NCBI GenBank assembly: GCA_951406725.2
Contig: OX597815.1
Location: forward strand, 144,150,001 to 144,214,000
Reading direction: 5' to 3'
Source: Octopus vulgaris
Taxonomy: Eukaryota
DNA length: 64,000 nucleotides
Under the pieces are notes generated by a model. It saw nothing but the letters and a program-made list of their open reading frames with translations. It was not told the DNA's origin and did not search any database. The stretch's first letter is position 1. The number at the start of each line of letters is the position of its first letter. Shown here one piece after another: positions 25,035 through 38,316 of the stretch. The position numbers and the translations under genes were made by a program.

Positions 25035-25196
25035 CCAAGTCGACAAATTACATCATTGTTTTGACGGAAATTGTTCATTGCTTGAAAAATATTGGTCAAG
25101 TTTAATAAATTTAATATGTACTCAATGCATGAAGTATCATTTTGGGCTCAAGGCCCAATGAAGAACTCTCCACGAGTGCTAGCTAGTACATACATA

Positions 25197-25390
25197 CAAA
25201 CAAAAATACCTTGTTGCTGATGGTGAAATTCCAATGACGGAACCTTGAATCTAGGTTAGAAACCGGTTCTTTCTCTATTGGCAAGAAATCTTAAAATAAA
25301 CTTAATAATAACATACATACATACATACATACATGCATGCATACATACATACATACATACATACATACATACATACATACATACATACAT
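25197..25390 (+). mobile_element. isolated 3' UTR of the (TACA)n-associated RLE LINE with TACA tail
   Basis: caaaaataccttgttg...gaaaccggttctttctctattggcaagaaatctt matches 49638-49755 and 52494-52620. Confidence 0.85.
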
Positions 25391-26639
25391 GATGACTGTC
25401 AACTCGTTAAATGAGCATGACCATCGTTGACAAGTAATGTCAGCAATGCCCATGCAAGGTTTTAAGTTGAGTGCAGCTTACACAACAGTACAACGACTCT
25501 GACTTGCAATACCATGAAGCCCAGAGACAAGCAAAGCGTAAGATATCCGGCTTAGTAGAGCTGCGGGTTTTATATATGAGTTAGCCTTCTCCTTGACGAG
25601 TGTTTTGACTTCGACCAAGGGTGCTTCATACCCAGTAGGCATACTGCTCTCACGGACACCAGCCAGAGTATTTCTACATACATATATATGTTGGCGGAAT
25701 GTATATGTACATACATGGACACACATGTATTAATTGCAACCTCAAAATATAATTCATAGAATTGAATGTCTTGATTTTTGTGCAATACGTAATTTCCATT
25801 TGGCTATACGAAGATATGAATATACATAACTAAATAACATTATTTTCACAGGTTTACTTTAAATTAACAAGCTGTAAGTCGTTACCGAGATCGAATTTGC
25901 CTTTCATTCTTTCAAGGGTCGATAAATTAAGTACCAGTTGAGCACTGAGTTCGATATAATCGACTAACACTCTACCCCCAAATTCCTGTCCTTGTGTCAA
26001 AATTTGAAACCAATATGTATGTCGTTACCGTGAACCATTTGGCATCTGTTAAAACTTTGGTATTATCTAATTAAAATACATTATTATGAAAACATATGAC
26101 ATCAAATAATGAGAAAAGTGAGTGGAATATGATTAGATTGAACTATAAATTATTACAGAATAACATTGAAGTGAATTGAAATAAACAAAGAATATAAAGT
26201 GAAGAGAAAATAAAATGCAGAATAGTGTAGAGTGGAATAGTTAGTTGATGGCTATGTAAACTTATAATCTGTTCAATTAGAAGTGGTTGAAGAACAAACT
26301 GTAACTACGTTGCAGCAACTTTTAATAAAAACTTAATGAAATTCAATAAAATTGATAGTTTAAAAGTAAATTGGAAATTGTTAGTTCAATAATTAAATAT
26401 ATTATAGCGGAGCGTTGATTGAGTCTGTGGCTAAACAATTAAATGAATATATTAAATAGTTGAACTTTGGATTTATCGGTTTCTATTGTGGTCTATGACA
26501 GATCATTATTAAATTAGAAAGCTTTTCTAATTTATGGAGCCTCCGTCGTCGTCGTCGTTGTTGTTGTTGTTAAAAATGAACTTTTATGACGAAAGTGTTT
26601 TCTATCTCGCTAAAACGTGAACCTGGTAAGGTATAAAAT

Positions 26640-27210
26640 TTAATTGTAATGGACTAAAATATAAAACAAAAATGTGGATGTATGGTCGTTATACTTACTT
26701 ATTTGGAAATAAAATTTGCTTTGAATATTTTAACGTTCAAAATATGCCTACAAGATTAGAGATATTGTGAGCCTCGATTAAGTAGTTGGAGGCTTGAGAT
26801 CAGAATTTTACAAGGATTTTCTTGTTAGTGTTATTTTACAGAAAATAGAAGATTCTATTTTATTTTAAAACTCATGTTGTTCGACTTTAAATTCCAAATA
26901 TACCTTGACAGAGATGTTTCCTCTTTTCTATTATGGGTCTGATATATGTATATATATTGGTAACATCCTTCTTTAATGAATTGGTCATTTAAACTATTTA
27001 TACGAATGAGGTCAAGTTGATATAGACAGTGGTGCAATGAACTAATTATTTGTCTTTACAATATATTTCGAGTGGGCATTTAGTGTGAACACAATAAGTT
27101 AGTTGTTTTCCTACTGGGGAGTGAGTTTACCATTCCGATAAAATAGAGTTTGCTGATATTCGCAAAATTCTGGTTCGAGATTGAAATTATTATACTTTTA
27201 ACAGAGATTA
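26640..27210 (-). mobile_element. degraded Penelope-like element GIY-YIG endonuclease region
   Basis: Minus strand has CPL..YC, VYQ, then ETSLSRYIWNLKSNNMSFKIK, typical of PLE endonuclease C-termini. Confidence 0.65.
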
Positions 27211-27420
27211 TTTTTTTATTAGAAAAAGAAAAGAATAAGGTCAAACACGATGATTTGAAGTAGGAAATAAAAATAAAAATGCGGCCATGTGATCATTGAT
27301 GAAAGTGGGTATCATACCTGTTGTTATGGATTTTGCCGTTGTTGTCATCGTCGTTGTTGCTGTTGTTGTCGTTGTGATTATTGTTTTATTATTGTTGTCG
27401 TTGTTGTTGTTGTTGTTGCT

Positions 27421-27660
27421 GTCGTTGTTATTGGAGCTTTGGGTACAATCAGTACTAACCTCACTAAATGGAATGAAAAAATAGGAGTTAAACGTAAATA
27501 TAAAATATCTACAGATGACAGTATTGCTTGGAACTGCAAGAATTCTCCGCAAAAATTTGCAAAAATCTGAATGAAAAATGTCTCCTTAGTCCACAAGTTG
27601 CAGCCTGTGACACTGCTACAATCTCCAGCAAAGTTGCTATGTCAGACAAGATACGTGCAC
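27421..27660 (+). mobile_element. 3' end of another RLE (R4-group) LINE
   Basis: VVIGALGTISTNLTKWNEKIG...LQMTVLLGTARILRK, downstream of (GTT)n. Confidence 0.75.
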
Positions 27661-28049
27661 ACAACACGCAGAAACACATACAACTTTCGCACATAAGCAT
27701 GCACGATACGCATGCACACTATAGGGTCACAAACTTCATGCACTAACACACACACGCATACACATGTGCACACACCACTCGAACAAGCACATATTAACTG
27801 CAACACAAAAGCGTTTGCACACACACGCGCACGCGCATACGTGCACACAGGCTCACATAATTTTAAGCTCACCCACACATACATTCACACATGCTCGCCC
27901 CTATTCATACACGTGCACTCACACGCGCCACTCTCGCATACACATACGTGCTTGCGCATCCTAGTTCAGACGGATCACCGTTATTATCTCCCTTTTATTC
28001 AGCATCTTTCTTCCCATCATTTCATCAATTAAAAACATTAATCCTTACA

Positions 28050-28205
28050 CATTTTTTTTCTCTCACCATTTTTTCCTCTCAACACTTTCTGTCGAAGAGC
28101 GTAGGCTCGAAACGTCAAAGACTTCTCCATTCTTCTCGAGTGTTAAACTAATACACCTGCTTCTTAATCCCTCACTTGTCTTCGTCTTTTATTTTCAAAA
28201 AATTT
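28050..28205 (+). mobile_element. short hammerhead-containing element (Penelope pLTR-derived or retrozyme-like)
   Basis: cttt-CTGTCGA-a-GAGC gtag GCTC-GAAA-CG-TC-aaag at 28085-28120; homologous to 43638-43810. Confidence 0.7.
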
Positions 28206-28279
28206 GAGCATGTATATTTATACATGCATAGGCAGAAACATAGGTAGAAAAGAGAGAGTTATGCAGGTAGGCAGGCTGG

Positions 28280-28642
28280 TTAGTTGGCTGGCATGTTGGT
28301 TGGTTGGTTGGTTGATTGGTTGGTCGGTTGGTTGGTTGGTTGGTTGGTTGGTTGGTTGGTTGGTTTGTTGGTTAGTTGGTTAGTAGACTCGCATATATTT
28401 ATAAAATATACATATATATTATATATACCACAATGCAACACACATACAAATAGATACATATATACGTACATTCATACATACACACATATACATACATACA
28501 TACACACATACGTACATTCATAAATACACACACACACACACACACATACATACATACATACATACATACATACATACATACATACATACATACATACATA
28601 CATACATACATACATACATACATACATACATACATACATACA

Positions 28643-28673
<31 letters not shown>

Positions 28674-29385
28674 CTCGGACATTTATAACGAGGATAGTAG
28701 ACAAACGTTGAAAACTTATTATGGTAGGGGTATAACTCAATACCACGACCACCACCCAAAAAACAATTACTCTCTCTGTCTTTGCCCTCTATTCACATGT
28801 ACAAGAAGCCACGCTCTTTCTACTCTTTACCAATATCAATCTAGATTATTCTTTGTGGTTTTTCTGGACCTTTATTAGGCTCTAATTCAATACCAACACT
28901 AACAGTATTTTTATTGCTGTCAAGATTTATGTTACGTTGCCAAAAGCATCGACCCCGAAATCTCTTCTATTATCATTCTTTTGTGTGAGCCCGCTTACAG
29001 AATTATGCAATATATGTCTGCATATATAAATATGTAAATATAAAATATATGCGTGTGCCAGTGAGTGCGTGTATGTATATATGTATGTATGTGTATATAT
29101 GTGTGTGTGTGTGTGCGTGTGTGTGTGTGTCTGTGTCTGTGCACACACACTCAGATACATAGATATTGTCAATTCCAGAAATTTGTTCATATATTATTAC
29201 ATATATATGCATGTATATATATATATGTATTCCATTGTATTAAACGCGCATACATATATATGTGTGTGTATGTGTGTGTGTGTGTGTGTGTGCATATATG
29301 CATGTATGTGTGTATGCATGCAAGCACGCACGTATGTGTGTATGTATGTAGATAGGTAACTCTGTAGTATTATGTATGTACGAAT

Positions 29386-29428
<43 letters not shown>

Positions 29429-29509
29429 CATCGATAGATAGTTGGGGTAAGAGAGATACATGTATATTTGAATATTTCTGTCTACGTTGACATAAATACT
29501 AGCACACGA

Positions 29510-29581
<72 letters not shown>

Positions 29582-29633
29582 GGGGGAAGGGGGTAGAATG
29601 AGACGTTCGTTTATGATTGCATGCACACAAATG

Positions 29634-29699
<66 letters not shown>

Positions 29700-30718
29700 T
29701 ACATATATTCATGAATATATATGTACACACATACTCCACACAGCCACATACACACACGTATGTATGCATGTGCATATTATAAATGTGCGTATATAATTCT
29801 TACACCTATCACAGATCCCAAAATTATATACAATAGATTCTATAGCCTACAACATTAAACAGAGCGCATGTTTGTATAATTCTTTGCTTATTACTTCGGC
29901 AAGAACACACACAGACACACACATTGGGAAAGTGAATGACGTAATCGTCTCCGTTTTTTCTTTGACTTTCGGTAAAATATTACCTCACCTCCGATTCGTT
30001 TATTTCTCAGTGTACATCACAGCACATTCCACATACATAGCTGATTCACCAAGCCACGGAAGAATGTGATTTTTCTGCCTAATATCATTGATTAAATGAT
30101 TCGCAAACTATCGTTTCCTTTTTATTCATTTTTTTTTTCTTCTATTTCTATTTCTATTTCTATTTCCCTTCTTGAAGAGCTCCAAAAGACGCTCCTGCTT
30201 ATTGTGACTTCGCTAGGTTTTCTATGGATTGACTTTTGGCAATTTTTATCTCTAAATGGCCACTCGGGTTATGGAAATGGATTCTAGCGGCATGTTGCAT
30301 AATAATAGTAATCAATTATGTAAGGCAATATCGACTTAGTGTAACATTACATCCGGTGGTGGCTGGATGGGAAGTACTGGGAGGGATGAGGGGAGTAAGA
30401 TTGAGTGGGAAAAGGTGTCTGAAGGGTTGTAGATTTTTATGATGGCTACTCGAAACTATGATTGAAGCATATGAGGATTAAGATAAATGGATAGATGGAT
30501 ATATGGATAGATAGACAGACAAACGTAGTTACAGAGTCAGACAGAGAGGCAAGCACACAGATACAAACACCTTCAGCGATAGACAGATACAGACAGACAT
30601 TGACAGTTAGAGAGAAAGAAACCTACATGCACACATATTATAGATCGACAAATAGATAGATACATGCATGTGTTCATACATATATGTGATAGATAGACAG
30701 AGAGATAGATAGACAGAG

Positions 30719-30767
<49 letters not shown>

Positions 30768-31115
30768 CATACATACATACATACATACATACATACATAC
30801 ATACATACATCAGGGTAAAAGTGTAGAAAGGTAAAACTGACTATTGAACTGAATAAAACATATATAGATATATATGTACATACAAATACGTATATAGATA
30901 TATATAGATGTATAGATGCGTATATAGATACGCATATAGATAGATAAAGAGAGAGGGGGAGAGATACACATTTATACACTTACATATATACACTATACAC
31001 ACATAGATATATATAGCTACACAGCTATTCATAATTCCTTAAATTTATACATACATATATACAGAGGAATATACATGCGATGATGGACACACATAGATGC
31101 CTATAGATACATACA

Positions 31116-31209
<94 letters not shown>

Positions 31210-31463
31210 AATATATATACATATATATATATACATATATTATATGCACATGCGCATGCATACGTAGATACATATAGAAAATATTGATTCGTTGATACAT
31301 ATAGATACATATACACACAGAGATACACATCAATAAATATACATACGTGCATATGCACAAATATATATCGTAGAAATATATATATATATACATTCATACA
31401 CGTATGCGGATATATATACGTATTAGAGCCAATCTTTGGCCGAAATATATCTAAGTTATCTAA

Positions 31464-31539
<76 letters not shown>

Positions 31540-31540
31540 T
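28280..31540. repeat. cluster of (GTTG)n, (TACA)n, (TG)n, (TAGA)n, (TA)n microsatellites
   Basis: Direct reading. Confidence 0.9.
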
Positions 31541-32068
31541 GTGTGCATATGCGCAATCACAAACATACACAGACATTTATGTATGTTTGCATCGTGTGTG
31601 GGGCGGGTGTGTATATCACGCGCACGCACACACATATAGGTGTATGTATGTTTGTATGTTTATATGTGTTTTCCAGTGACTGAAATATATGTTTACTTAT
31701 TTATTTAGCATACATCCCATCTGACTGATAGCCCCACGTTTCCTCACAGACCAGCGCTGCTTAATACAGTGAATAAACAAAGTGCAAGACAGCTGTAATC
31801 CTTCAGTCTCCAAGACATGTCGCACAGTCGACAGTGTGGACAAGATGGTGGAAGAGATGTGATGGAAGTAAACAGCTAAAGTATAGCTAGAACCGTACTG
31901 AATACCGGATGTTAAATCAGCAAGTTAAGTTGGACAGAAATAGAGTTGCTGCTTGATCTTAAAGATAAAGACACTATCTTGACTGGCAACAAGTCACGTT
32001 TTTCGTTGATGAATGATATTTAAACATCAACATTAGCAACATCAATGCTAATAATAATAATAATAATA

Positions 32069-32100
<32 letters not shown>

Positions 32101-32109
32101 AATAATAAT

Positions 32110-35100
32110 AAGGACACCGAGAACGTTAAACAAAAGACACCGAGGACGTTAAACATGTGAGAGCGATAAAACAGCGCTCCGAAATCTATCCACAAACATC
32201 GAATACAAAGACATCGTATGGAGCCAAAAATTTACTGACAAAGGATATATCCGAGTAAGTAATACGAATTGAAATTTATTACTATTTTCGAAACGAAATG
32301 AATGATATTTTAACTCGATATCATCTCCACCTTGAACACAACACATGTAAACATGCGTGGAACATTACGACCCATCAACACCAGATCATCTCCGACCCCA
32401 AACACCATGTACAAAAAAACTACGAAGAAATTAAATAACACCGATATTATTCAACCCAAGAATAGCAATCGGGAAGTACGTACGTTAAACTTACAACATA
32501 AAATGTACGAAAAACTACACGTGCAAAACAATGTGACAACAGAAATGAACGGACCGGTACCCTACGAAAATGACGACCGTCAAAATAATGGGCCGGACGT
32601 TGTTCCTCATGTCCCGCAAATAAAACCCAAAAGACATAAATGGACACGTGAGGAATACATTTCTATCCTACATGCTTATTTTACAGCAGTGCTCTACCCA
32701 AAGAATGAAAACACAACAACACATACATATAAGATATGGAAGGAAAACCACATAAATACAGACTTGGATACAGCAATGAACCCTAACAAACTAGCTAACG
32801 TACGAAGATACATTCTCAACGCAAAAAAATTATCAGAAATAGAAATAGAACATCTAAAAGAAAAAATACATCAGGAAAATGTAGATAGAAGCCACACAAC
32901 AATGCCCAATAATATAAACACTGAAACAGTAAAACACGAAGACAAACGTAACATTCCCAACAAACACGATGTAAACAAAAAACAACAAACCCAGACCGTA
33001 AGGATGCATAATAATACACGACAAACAGCAAGTCAAAACACGACAAACAAACATACAAATAAGAAAGAAAACGACACAAATCTAAAACCTGGAAACAATG
33101 AAGGGGAGCCTAATGAATATGATAATATAAAAAGTGGAATAATCAAAGAACTGAAAACCACAGAGCTCAAAATGGACCACCGACCATACCTCCCAAAAAT
33201 CAAAATAGACGAAACAACAACACCAATTATAAACAGCATAAACCTAGCCGTCACGGAACTAATAGCCACTGAAACAAAAAGCGATATCACTGAGCTAAAT
33301 AACTTAGTATACGCAGCAGCCACTGCAGCCACAAAAGAAGCTGGATACTCACTCAAACCCGTCCAAACAGGAGTACCACCACCCAAACAAACCCTGTGGA
33401 TAAATAACATCCAAAACAAAATACAAAAAAATAAGAAAAGATCTGTCGATTCTTAATGAAATCAGTAGACAATCAACGCTACTGAGCAACAAAAAGAAAA
33501 CAAAAATACTCCGCAAATACAACATCACACAAAAAGATTTACCTGAGATAAAAGAAAAGCTAAAGCAAGATATCCTTGCCAAAGCACAAAGGATCCGCCG
33601 GTACGAGAAACGCCAGCGCTTCTTTGAACAAAACAAAAAGTTCAACTCCAACCCCAAAACGTTCTACCAAGAACTTGGCAAAAATAAAATAGAAATCACT
33701 GCAGCACCAACGGCAGAAGAAGTGGAAGAATTCTGGAGAGAAATATGGTCGGCGAACGAACAACCAAAAAAAGGAGTATTAAAACAACAAACTCAGCATC
33801 TGAGCAACTTTGGACCCCCATAACAACTGAAGAGGTCACCCAGGCACTGCAAAGACTAAGCAACTGGAAGGCACCTGGGCATGACAAGATCCCCAACTTC
33901 TGGTTGAAATATCTAACAGGAATGCACAAAAAGCTGGCTGAAAATTTTAACAACATACTAGCAGAGCCAGAGACAATGCCTGAATGGCTCACGAAGGGGA
34001 AAACCATCTTAATTCCCAAATCAAATGAGACAGCAAAACCAGAAAACTACAGACCAATAACCTGTCTCCCTACAATGTACAAGGCATTTACTGCAGTGAT
34101 ATCGCAAAGGTTGAACAAGCACCTAGACGAAAACAACCTGTTTCCAGAAGAGCAGAAAGGATGCCGCAAAGGCTCATACGGCTGTAAAGATCAACTAATG
34201 ATCAATAAAGCCATAACTGAAGACAGCCACAGAAAGAAGAAAGGCCTCAGTATGGCCTGGATCGACTACAAAAAGGCGTTTGATAGCATCCCCCACACAT
34301 GGATCCTCGAAACACTAGCCATTAACAAAGTAGCACCAACAATTATAAAATTCATTGGACACTCTATGAATAAATGGCAAACAGTGCTACAGCTCCAAAC
34401 AAAAGAGGGACTCATGAAAACCAAAGCCATCCCCATTAGAAGAGGAATATTCCAGGGAGACACGCTCTCTCCACTCCTTTTCTGCTTGGCACTGTCACCT
34501 CTATCTGATATGCTAAATAGAACTGGATGCGGATATAAATGTTACGGCAAAACGATCAGCCACCTTTTATATATGGATGACCTAAAACTATACGCTGCAA
34601 ATGACAAACAGCTGGAAACACTATTAAAGACAGTTCATGGATTTACCAAAGAAATAGATATGAAATTTGGATTAGAAAAATGCGCCAAAGTAACCATGAA
34701 AAGAGGAAAACTAGTTAAGAGTAGCAACATCACACTAGATAAAACCAATGAAATAAAAGAATTAGACCAAAGCCAAACTTACAAATACTTAGGAATCCAT
34801 GAACTAGATAAGACACTACACACACAAATGAAAGAGAAAATAAAAAAAGAATATTATAGACGAGTTAGATCAATACTAAAAACAGAGCTCAATGCTAAAA
34901 ACAAGATAATAGGTATTAACACTTTAGCTGTCCCAGTTATAAGTTACAGCTACAATATCCTTAACTGACACTAAATGAACTGACCGAAATAGATAGGAAA
35001 ACAAGAAAATAATGACAGGATCTAGGATGCATCACCCAAAATCTGACATAGAAAGACTATATATACAACGTATAGAAGGTGGTAGAGGCCTTATACAGCT

Positions 35101-36264
35101 GGAAAACTACTATAAAATAACCACCATAGGACTGCAAAAATATCTACTTCAGAAGGAAGGAAAACTGATACAAATAGCGGCAAAACACGAGCAAAACAAA
35201 AAACTGTTCTCAGTATTTAAGGAAGCTGACAAATACAAACAAGAAATCATACCACCTAACAAATATAAAGAAGAAGAAGAAGAAGAAGAAGAAGAAGAAG
35301 AAGAAGAAGAAGAAGAAGAAGAAGAAGAAGAAACAACAAAAGCTATAAAACAAATGAAATCCAAACTAAAACTAGAACAGCAAAGAACCATGATAAAACG
35401 ATAGGCAAGAAAAACCCCTTCATGGTAAATACTGGACTAAACTAAATGCAAAAGAAATAGACAAAGAAAAATCCCAGCAATGGTTGAGAAGCTCAGGACT
35501 CAAAGCAGAGACAGAGGGATTTTTAATTGAAGCACAAGACCAAAGCCTCCCCACCAGAAATTACCAAAAACATGTAATGAAAAGAAATATAACAAGTAAC
35601 TGCAGAATATGTGGAGATGGACAAGAAACAATAAATCATATTATCTCTGGCTGCCCAATCCTGGCTAAGAAGGAATATATTCACAGACATGACAGAGTTG
35701 GAACCTACATACACTGGAAGCTATGCCAACATTATGGAATAACAACAGAAAAAAGATGGTATAGGCACACACCAGAAAAGGTCACAGAAAACGAGAAAGC
35801 AACCATACTCTGGGATATGCCGATACACACAGATAGAGAAATTAAGGCCAACAGACCAGATATAGTTGTCAGAGATCATGAAGAAAAAAATGCTTTCTAA
35901 TTGATGTATCAATACCGGCAGATGACAACGTGTCTCTAAAAGAAATGGAGAAACTTTCAAAATACAAAGACCTGGAAATAGAGGTAACCAGAATGTGGAA
36001 TCTAAAAACAGAAACAATTCCTATCATAGTAGGTGCATTAGGCATGATAAAAAAATATTCAGACAAATACATAACAAAAACACCAGGACTTACAAACACA
36101 TATAACATACAGAAAATTGCACTACTAGGCACTGCACACATCCTACGCAGAACACTTTCCATACAATAACCATCAGAGCATCACAACAAATCACAGCACA
36201 TACCCAAGGCACACAGAGCTGCGCTCGGTAGTGAAGTGAAAGCACGCTATAAAAAATAAAACTA

Positions 36265-36268
<4 letters not shown>
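32110..36268 (+). mobile_element. near full-length R4/Dong-type non-LTR retrotransposon flanked by (AAT)n
   Basis: Myb-like KWTREE N-terminus, RT (NYRPITCL, QGDTLSP, YMDD), CCHC CRICGDGQETINHIISGC, RPD...KLSKYKDL RLE; AAT tracts on both sides. Confidence 0.93.
32353..36169 (+). pseudogene. disrupted Myb-RT-CCHC-RLE polyprotein of the R4/Dong element
   Basis: Pieces 32332-33456, 33745-34968, 35012-35404, 35484-35900 and 35930-36169, separated by frameshifts and stops. Confidence 0.9.
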
Positions 36269-36316
<48 letters not shown>

Positions 36317-36318
<2 letters not shown>

Positions 36319-36802
36319 CTTCAGACAAAAATCATGCCTCCTCATTGATATGACTGTCCCAATCGATATAAGCGTATCTTTCAAGACCTACCAAAAACTG
36401 AGCAAATATAAAGATCTTGAAATAGAAATCAACAAAATGTGGAACCTGAAGACTAAAACAATACCTGTTCTCATAGGTGCCCTGGGAATGATAGCAAAAG
36501 GGGCTGATTGATACCTAACTCAGATACCAGGAAACCCCAAAATGGCAGAAATTCAAAAGATAGTGCTCATGGGAACTCCTCATATCCTACACAAAATACT
36601 TTCTATGTAATTTCAAGTTTTAAAACAAACATAATTTTCCTATGGTTTCTTAGACATTCTCTAGTACAACACTAAGTACAAAACCAAATATATGGCACCC
36701 TAGGCATAAAACCAACATGAACTTCCAACTTGTTGTCTCTCGAGGTCTCTGTGTGAGACTTAGAACCAATTTGTACAAATGTAAAGCAAAAGTCAAACAT
36801 AG
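36317..36802 (+). mobile_element. 5'-truncated RLE LINE 3' end, second family
   Basis: CLLIDMTVPID...KLSKYKDLEIEINKMWNLKTKTIPVLIGALG...IQKIVLMGTPHILHKILSM*, own 3' UTR, then (AAT)n. Confidence 0.88.
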
Positions 36803-36838
36803 AATAATAATAACAATAATAATAATAATAATATTTAT

Positions 36839-36885
<47 letters not shown>

Positions 36886-36886
<1 letters not shown>

Positions 36887-37082
36887 CTCGAGAACAAATA
36901 GGGGCTGCAATAAAGGTGGAGCACTTGCAGAAAAGAGCACTGCTTGGAACCGCTCGAATACTCCGGAAGGTGCTCGAAAAATAGGTGTTACTTTAGTTCA
37001 TTAGTAGTGAATAGCTGACACCGTAGTACATCTCCAGCGTTAGGGAAAGACTGTGTTAGAAAACGAAGTATTACATGTTTTA
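36886..37082 (+). mobile_element. 5'-truncated RLE LINE 3' end, third family
   Basis: EQIGAAIKVEHLQKRALLGTARILRKVLEK* plus a distinct 3' UTR. Confidence 0.8.
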
Positions 37083-37151
37083 AATATAAAGTACGATAAC
37101 GCACACACACACACATACATAAAAACACAATACATACACACACACACACAC

Positions 37152-37237
<86 letters not shown>

Positions 37238-37298
37238 GGAGGAAGGGAGGGAAGGAGGAAGGGATATACAGAAAGACAGACAGACGTATACATATATA

Positions 37299-37947
37299 CA
37301 GGGGTTGGACAAAATAAGGGAAACACCTTAAAATTTGAAACAAATTTATTTTAACATGAGGTATGACCGCCTTTGGCAGTAATTACAGCTTGAATTCTAC
37401 AAGGTATGGGCTCGTACAAAGTTCCAATTGTTTCCAAGGGAATTTTTGTCCATTCTTCAGCTAAAACAGTTTCCAGTTCTTGTAGTGATATCGACTCCTT
37501 ACTTCTTTTTCTAAAATGCACCATAAATGTTCAATAATATTGAGATCTGGGTACCTGTGGTGGCCAGATAAGATGATCAACTTCACTAGAATATTCCTCG
37601 TGGCATTCAGTATCAACTTTAGCTATGTGAATTGCTGCATTATCATCCTGAAAGATTGGGTTTCCCTCCGGAAACAGTTCCGCTACCATAGGATGATATT
37701 GATCAGATAACATGCTTAAATAGTTTTGACTATTAATTCTGTCATGAAGGGAAACCATTGGGCTGGCGGATTTCCAAGACATAGCCCCCCCCCCCCCGAT
37801 CATCACAGATTGTCTTCCATGTTTAACAGTTGGAAGGAGGCAATCTGGGTCAAATGCTTCTTTTGGCCGTCTCCACACGTATACTCGGCGGGTGATCGGA
37901 AACAAGGTAAAGTGTGACTCATCAGAGAAAATAACATTCTTCCACTT
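37299..37947 (-). mobile_element. Tc1/mariner fragment: TIR and C-terminal DDE region
   Basis: TA + CAGGGGTTGGACAAAAT TIR; IFQDDNA and WPPQ.PDLNIIEHLW (frameshifted) motifs. Confidence 0.88.
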
Positions 37948-37964
37948 CAGTCATGACAATGTTA

Positions 37965-38230
37965 CCCTCCGAGGAAAAGGTTGTTTATGGAAGACCAGTA
38001 GTCGTACATGCATACCACCCTGGCACCGATGTTACCCATGAGAAAGGCAAAGGTTAATACAGCTTGGTACCAGTAACGTCGCAACTCATTTCTACAGCTG
38101 TGTGATCAAGGGCAACGTGAAATAAAGTGCCTTGCTCAAAAACACAACACACAGTCCGGTCCGGAATCGAATTTTCACTACCTAACGTTTGTGAGCCCGA
38201 CACTCTAACCACTGAGCCATGTGCCTTCAC
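37965..38230 (-). mobile_element. CORE-like tRNA SINE (family C head, different tail)
   Basis: Reverse complement has TGGCTCAGTGGTTAG, TTCGATTCC, TTTTGAGCAAGGCACTTTATTTCACGTTGC. Confidence 0.8.

Positions 38231-38311
<81 letters not shown>

Positions 38312-38316
<5 letters not shown>

Noticed and set aside
31690-32350. HDV-like ribozyme at the 5' end of the R4 element, or a host exon at 31.7 kb
   Set aside because: I could not build the nested double pseudoknot by eye, and all frames after the candidate acceptor close quickly
38219-38311. N-terminal extension of the 393-aa ORF
   Set aside because: Comes from the SINE edge and the (CA)/(TA) tract, not from the LINE
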